NCBI GenBank assembly: GCA_965217895.1
Contig: CBDCJV010000002.1
Coordinates: 384,001-448,000 of the forward strand
Source of the DNA: Waterburya sp.
Lineage (GTDB): Bacteria > Cyanobacteriota > Cyanobacteriia > Cyanobacteriales > Xenococcaceae
Direction: 5' to 3'
Length of the DNA: 64,000 nucleotides
Under the pieces are notes generated by a model, which was given only the letters and a program-made list of their open reading frames with translations, had not been told where the DNA came from and did not search any database. Position numbers and translations under genes: made by a program. Every line of letters starts with the position of its first letter. The first letter of the stretch is position 1. Of the stretch, positions 60,235-64,000 are shown piece by piece.

Positions 60235-62160
60235 TTACTTTTTACTCTGATGAGTTGGTGAACGATAAAGCTCCATAGTGAACAACTCAGGAGAAGCCAT
60301 TAATTCTTGTTTTTGACCATTGTGAATTTCAAGTGTCTGTAGTCGTCTAGCTTTGCCTAATGCCCAAGCATATTGTACATATGAGGCCGATAAAGAAGAA
60401 TTTTTGGTAATAAAATAAGGTACGGTTGGTTGATATTCATCAGAACCAAAGTGATCGCGGAAAAAACCACCTAGAATTTCGGTTTGTCCTTGATTTTCAG
60501 TAATAACATGAATTGCAGGTGCTTCGGTTTTCATGCCTAACACCCATAATTTTGCACCATTGTTGATCCCATAAGTAACTTGAGGGTCTGATTGTCCTGG
60601 AGTAAAAGGATTATTTTCGGGATTCCATTGTCGCAGCCAAGCAGAACCTTTACCCTTTAATTGCACTTCACCGAGCCATTCATCAACATAAATCTTTCCT
60701 GACCAATCATCAGTTGTGCTAATTTTACCACGAACTATGCTTTCTGAATACTTCACATATACTAAGCGATTGGTCGCTACTTCTATGCCATTAGATTGAC
60801 GAGGCCAAGTAGATAACTTTAAGCTTTCAATTTCGAGTGAATCTTTAGTTTTACCTGTTAAACGCAACATAGCTCGATCGCCAAAGCGATCGAGCATAAA
60901 ATCAGGCACGATGATATTTCCATCGGCATTTTTGTGAGCTATAATTCGCTTTACGGTTGCCGGGACTTCGATGGTATCGGCAATTTTATAGGTGACGTTA
61001 CCTGGAAAAAAGATCGTTTTAGCACCCGAATTCATGGCATTTTGTATTGCCTGAGTATCGTCTTCTTGGGAACTATCAGGAATCAGCCAATTTGTAGCTG
61101 GTTCTAAATAGGGTGCAGGAGGCTGTTCGATTGTTAATTTTAGATGTCCCTGTTGGCTTGGAGGTACAACTTTAGAAAAACTACTCCATTGCTCATCTAT
61201 TTGCTGGCGATCGCTCAATTTACCTTTTTCTTTGAGGGCAGCAGCATAATTACCATCGGTTTGGATTTGGCGTAAATAATAAGGACTATCTGCTTCAATT
61301 GCGGCTATGCCAGGAGGCATATCTGACAGACCATTCAAACGGGCATTAATCAAAATTAAATGAGCCAGGGGATCGGAATTGCTGTGGATGGCAGGGACTC
61401 TATTTTCGCTGGTCAGACCTTCAATAGAAACGGGCTGATTGTTTTCTAATCCAACTATATTTTGTTGTTTCAAACTGATGTTATAAAAGACAGCATTAGA
61501 AGGTTCGCTAGGAGTTTTAATACCAGTATCAAAGCCTTCTACTGTTAGGTTGGCGATCGTACCTGGTCCAAATTCTGTTTCTGATAAATCTAGCCCTATA
61601 GTGCCAGCCAGATCTTCAGATTTGATAACAACGTTGTCGATCGCTCCATTATTATGAGTACTGTATTGGATTCCAATTGCCTTGGTGTTTCCTTTGCCAG
61701 TATCAACAGTTAGATCTCTTATATAAACACCAAATGTCTGGTTGTTGTTGTACATACTGCGTAGTACAGGTTTAGGAGCTTGTGAAAATGCCATACTTGC
61801 GTCTTTTAAACGAATAATTGTTTTGTTTTTAGCTGCTCCTTGAATTGTTTTTAATCGACCTATTTGAATTGTATCGCTGACCAAATAAGTTCCTTGAGGA
61901 AAATAAACTACCTGATAATCTCGACTGGTAGAATCGATCGCTTTTTGCAGGGCAAGAGTATCATCAGTGATCCCGTCACCTTTTGCTCCAAAATCTTTGA
62001 CATTTATCAAATCGCTACTGGCGGGAAATTCTATTTCACTATTTGCTAAAGCTGGTTGAATTGTCTGCATAATTTTGATCCAAGCAAACTTAGCCAGAAA
62101 AATTATCAATATACTTAATAAAAACCAGGCTATTATTTTTTTCGATTTGGCTAAAGACAT
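60235..62160 (-). CDS. Membrane-anchored beta-helix carbohydrate-active protein (pectate_lyase_3/GH55-like)
   Basis: NVKDFGAKGDGITDDT..VYFPQGTY and a second DDTQAIQ..IFFPG. Confidence 0.75.
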   Translation of the reverse strand: MSLAKSKKIIAWFLLSILIIFLAKFAWIKIMQTIQPALANSEIEFPASSDLINVKDFGAKGDGITDDTLALQKAIDSTSRDYQVVYFPQGTYLVSDTIQIGRLKTIQGAAKNKTIIRLKDASMAFSQAPKPVLRSMYNNNQTFGVYIRDLTVDTGKGNTKAIGIQYSTHNNGAIDNVVIKSEDLAGTIGLDLSETEFGPGTIANLTVEGFDTGIKTPSEPSNAVFYNISLKQQNIVGLENNQPVSIEGLTSENRVPAIHSNSDPLAHLILINARLNGLSDMPPGIAAIEADSPYYLRQIQTDGNYAAALKEKGKLSDRQQIDEQWSSFSKVVPPSQQGHLKLTIEQPPAPYLEPATNWLIPDSSQEDDTQAIQNAMNSGAKTIFFPGNVTYKIADTIEVPATVKRIIAHKNADGNIIVPDFMLDRFGDRAMLRLTGKTKDSLEIESLKLSTWPRQSNGIEVATNRLVYVKYSESIVRGKISTTDDWSGKIYVDEWLGEVQLKGKGSAWLRQWNPENNPFTPGQSDPQVTYGINNGAKLWVLGMKTEAPAIHVITENQGQTEILGGFFRDHFGSDEYQPTVPYFITKNSSLSASYVQYAWALGKARRLQTLEIHNGQKQELMASPELFTMELYRSPTHQSKK

Positions 62161-62171
62161 TAATTACCTCC

Positions 62172-63269
62172 TTAAACACCAAACATATATTTAGCAATTA
62201 ATTTTTGTCTGTTTAACTGAGCTACAATCCACCAGCTAAAGGCAAAAGTCAGCCCAGAATAAACTAGCATTGATGCAATCGAAACTTGTTCTGTCAAGTT
62301 TGGTAAGACTTGAGCAATAATTATTTCAATAAAACTTTTAACTAAAGGATGGATTAAATAAATACCAAAAGAACAAGCTCCTAAATTGATTATTAAGACA
62401 TCTTCTTTAATTTTTCCTGATATGGCTATAGCAAATAATAACAGAGAATAAGCCACGATAATTTCTATTAACGCTTCAGAAAAAAAGTTTTTAGCAATAA
62501 CGTTTGCCACCATAAAAACTAGAATGAACAAAATAATTGTCGTTGTTTTATTAATAATCCGATTGGATACGTTAGCAAGCCAGTAATTTATACACATTGC
62601 TACTAATAAATATGGCAAGCATCTTAAAATCCAGGCTAATTCTACCAAAATAAATCTGGCAACTGCATAATTTGCTTTGTGAGCAGAAAATAGAGCTAAA
62701 ATTTCTGGGAAGGCAATATCAGAACCTAAAATAAATGAATTATTGCTAACCAGCATTAAATGATATAGTACGATGCTCGCTATCGATAAAACAACTAACC
62801 ATTTGATATTTATATTTTTAGACTTCAGATATTTTCCTAAAAACAAGACACAATAACCTGTAAATAATAAAGGAATAAAATATAGATGATATGAAATACC
62901 TCCAAAAAAAATAATTGCCAAAGGATCTTGTAAAAGACTTTTAATAGTTTCGGTTTGATTGGTTGCCGAAAAAATAACTATTTTAGAAATCAAGTAAAGT
63001 AGACTCCAGACTGTATAAGGTATTAATATACGTTCAATTCTAGATAACCAAAATTGCTGAGAAATATTTATCTTTGGTTTGCAAGTTGTAAAATAAAAAG
63101 ATGTTGCTAAAAAAAAAGGCACAGCAAAGTAAAAAAAATGTCTAAATTCTGCTGCTAATGGCTCTACGGGAATTCCCCAAGTTTCATCTCCAGAATGAAC
63201 TAAGATTACCGCGTAAGAAGCTATACCTCGACATAAATCAATTCCTAATAGCCTTCGTTTTGTTTTCAT
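62172..63269 (-). CDS. Acyltransferase family 3
   Basis: IDLCRG..VILVH, AVPFF, YHLYFIP, SFGIYLIH. Confidence 0.88.
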   Translation of the reverse strand: MKTKRRLLGIDLCRGIASYAVILVHSGDETWGIPVEPLAAEFRHFFYFAVPFFLATSFYFTTCKPKINISQQFWLSRIERILIPYTVWSLLYLISKIVIFSATNQTETIKSLLQDPLAIIFFGGISYHLYFIPLLFTGYCVLFLGKYLKSKNINIKWLVVLSIASIVLYHLMLVSNNSFILGSDIAFPEILALFSAHKANYAVARFILVELAWILRCLPYLLVAMCINYWLANVSNRIINKTTTIILFILVFMVANVIAKNFFSEALIEIIVAYSLLLFAIAISGKIKEDVLIINLGACSFGIYLIHPLVKSFIEIIIAQVLPNLTEQVSIASMLVYSGLTFAFSWWIVAQLNRQKLIAKYMFGV

Positions 63270-63280
63270 AAATAAAATTA

Positions 63281-64000
63281 TTAAATTAATTGAGCATAAA
63301 AATCAATATATTGCTGGGCTATTTTTGATTTACTAAAACGATAATTATTTAAATTATTATCTGGATTAGATTGATTTAAAGTACTGGCGATCGCCTTAGA
63401 TAAATTTGCAACAGAATCTCCTTCTAACTGAAAATATGTGCAATTATTAGCACCAATTTCACGAAAAATAGGAATATCAGTACAAACTACTTTAGAAGCA
63501 AAATAAATAGCTTCGGCTAAGGGCAAACAAAATCCTTCAGTAGATGATGAAATAGCAAACAGTTTGCAGTTTTGATATAGCCAAGTTAAGCTACTATCGT
63601 TAATTGATGATTCTAACAATACTAATTCTTGCAAGGCAAAATGATCGATTAAATTATGAAGCTTTTCCGTTTCTGGCCCTGTAGCACCAATAATAATTAG
63701 TTTAGTTTGGGCTGTTATCTGACTACTATTTCTGAGCTTAACATAGGCTTTAATCAGCAGATCTAAATTTTTGTTTTGCCGATGCTGTCCTACACACAGC
63801 AAAAAAGAGTCAATATACTTTAAATCAATATTTTTGGGAATAGCTGGGGTAACTTGAGAAAAATCTACGCAATTGTAAATTACAGTGGTAGGTTTTTGCG
63901 AACTAATTTTTGGTAAGTATCGATCTAAATTTTTTAAAGTAATTTGCGAAACACAACTTAGACCATCACTATTTTCAATACATTGCTTGAGAAACCAACG
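63281..64000 (-). CDS. GT4 glycosyltransferase (5' end outside the window)
   Basis: Frame is open to 64000; KNLDLLI, EGFCLPLAEA, TDIPIFRE. Confidence 0.88.
   Translation of the reverse strand, partial: RWFLKQCIENSDGLSCVSQITLKNLDRYLPKISSQKPTTVIYNCVDFSQVTPAIPKNIDLKYIDSFLLCVGQHRQNKNLDLLIKAYVKLRNSSQITAQTKLIIIGATGPETEKLHNLIDHFALQELVLLESSINDSSLTWLYQNCKLFAISSSTEGFCLPLAEAIYFASKVVCTDIPIFREIGANNCTYFQLEGDSVANLSKAIASTLNQSNPDNNLNNYRFSKSKIAQQYIDFYAQLI

Noticed and set aside
1..64000. High frequency of GCGATCGC
   Set aside because: This is HIP1, a well-known cyanobacterial feature; used only as a taxonomic clue

Overview
AT-rich cyanobacterial chromosome segment. Evidence for the assignment: frequent HIP1 octamer GCGATCGC, psbQ, an RbcR-type LysR next to Z-ISO and trxC, a CbiG-CobJ fusion, and heptamer STRR repeats. 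It is mostly housekeeping and accessory genes (ilvB, aat, psbQ, trxA, rnd, squalene synthase, cobJ, lepA, PhoH2) and ends in a polysaccharide cluster. The best candidate for an undescribed system is a nine-gene, same-strand block at 4858-16239. It starts with a heme-oxygenase-like diiron oxidase, a membrane desaturase-like diiron enzyme and a PQ-loop-like membrane protein. These are followed by a Cache-sensor hybrid kinase, a second hybrid kinase, a single receiver, a DHp-REC-PP2C phosphatase, a GHKL Ser kinase and a STAS protein. The layout resembles a 'make a small molecule, export it, sense it' circuit, but that reading is inference. A second theme is very small (about 24-25 nt) palindromic repeats that nest inside each other, inside a MITE-like shell and inside a HIP1 site, and sit in frame within at least two genes. 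Also present: a frameshifted PIN toxin, a decaying PspA/LemA/TPM envelope island, IS remnants and a Ser/Thr kinase pseudogene. No rRNA, tRNA or CRISPR array was recognised. All calls come from reading motifs by eye; no database search was run.
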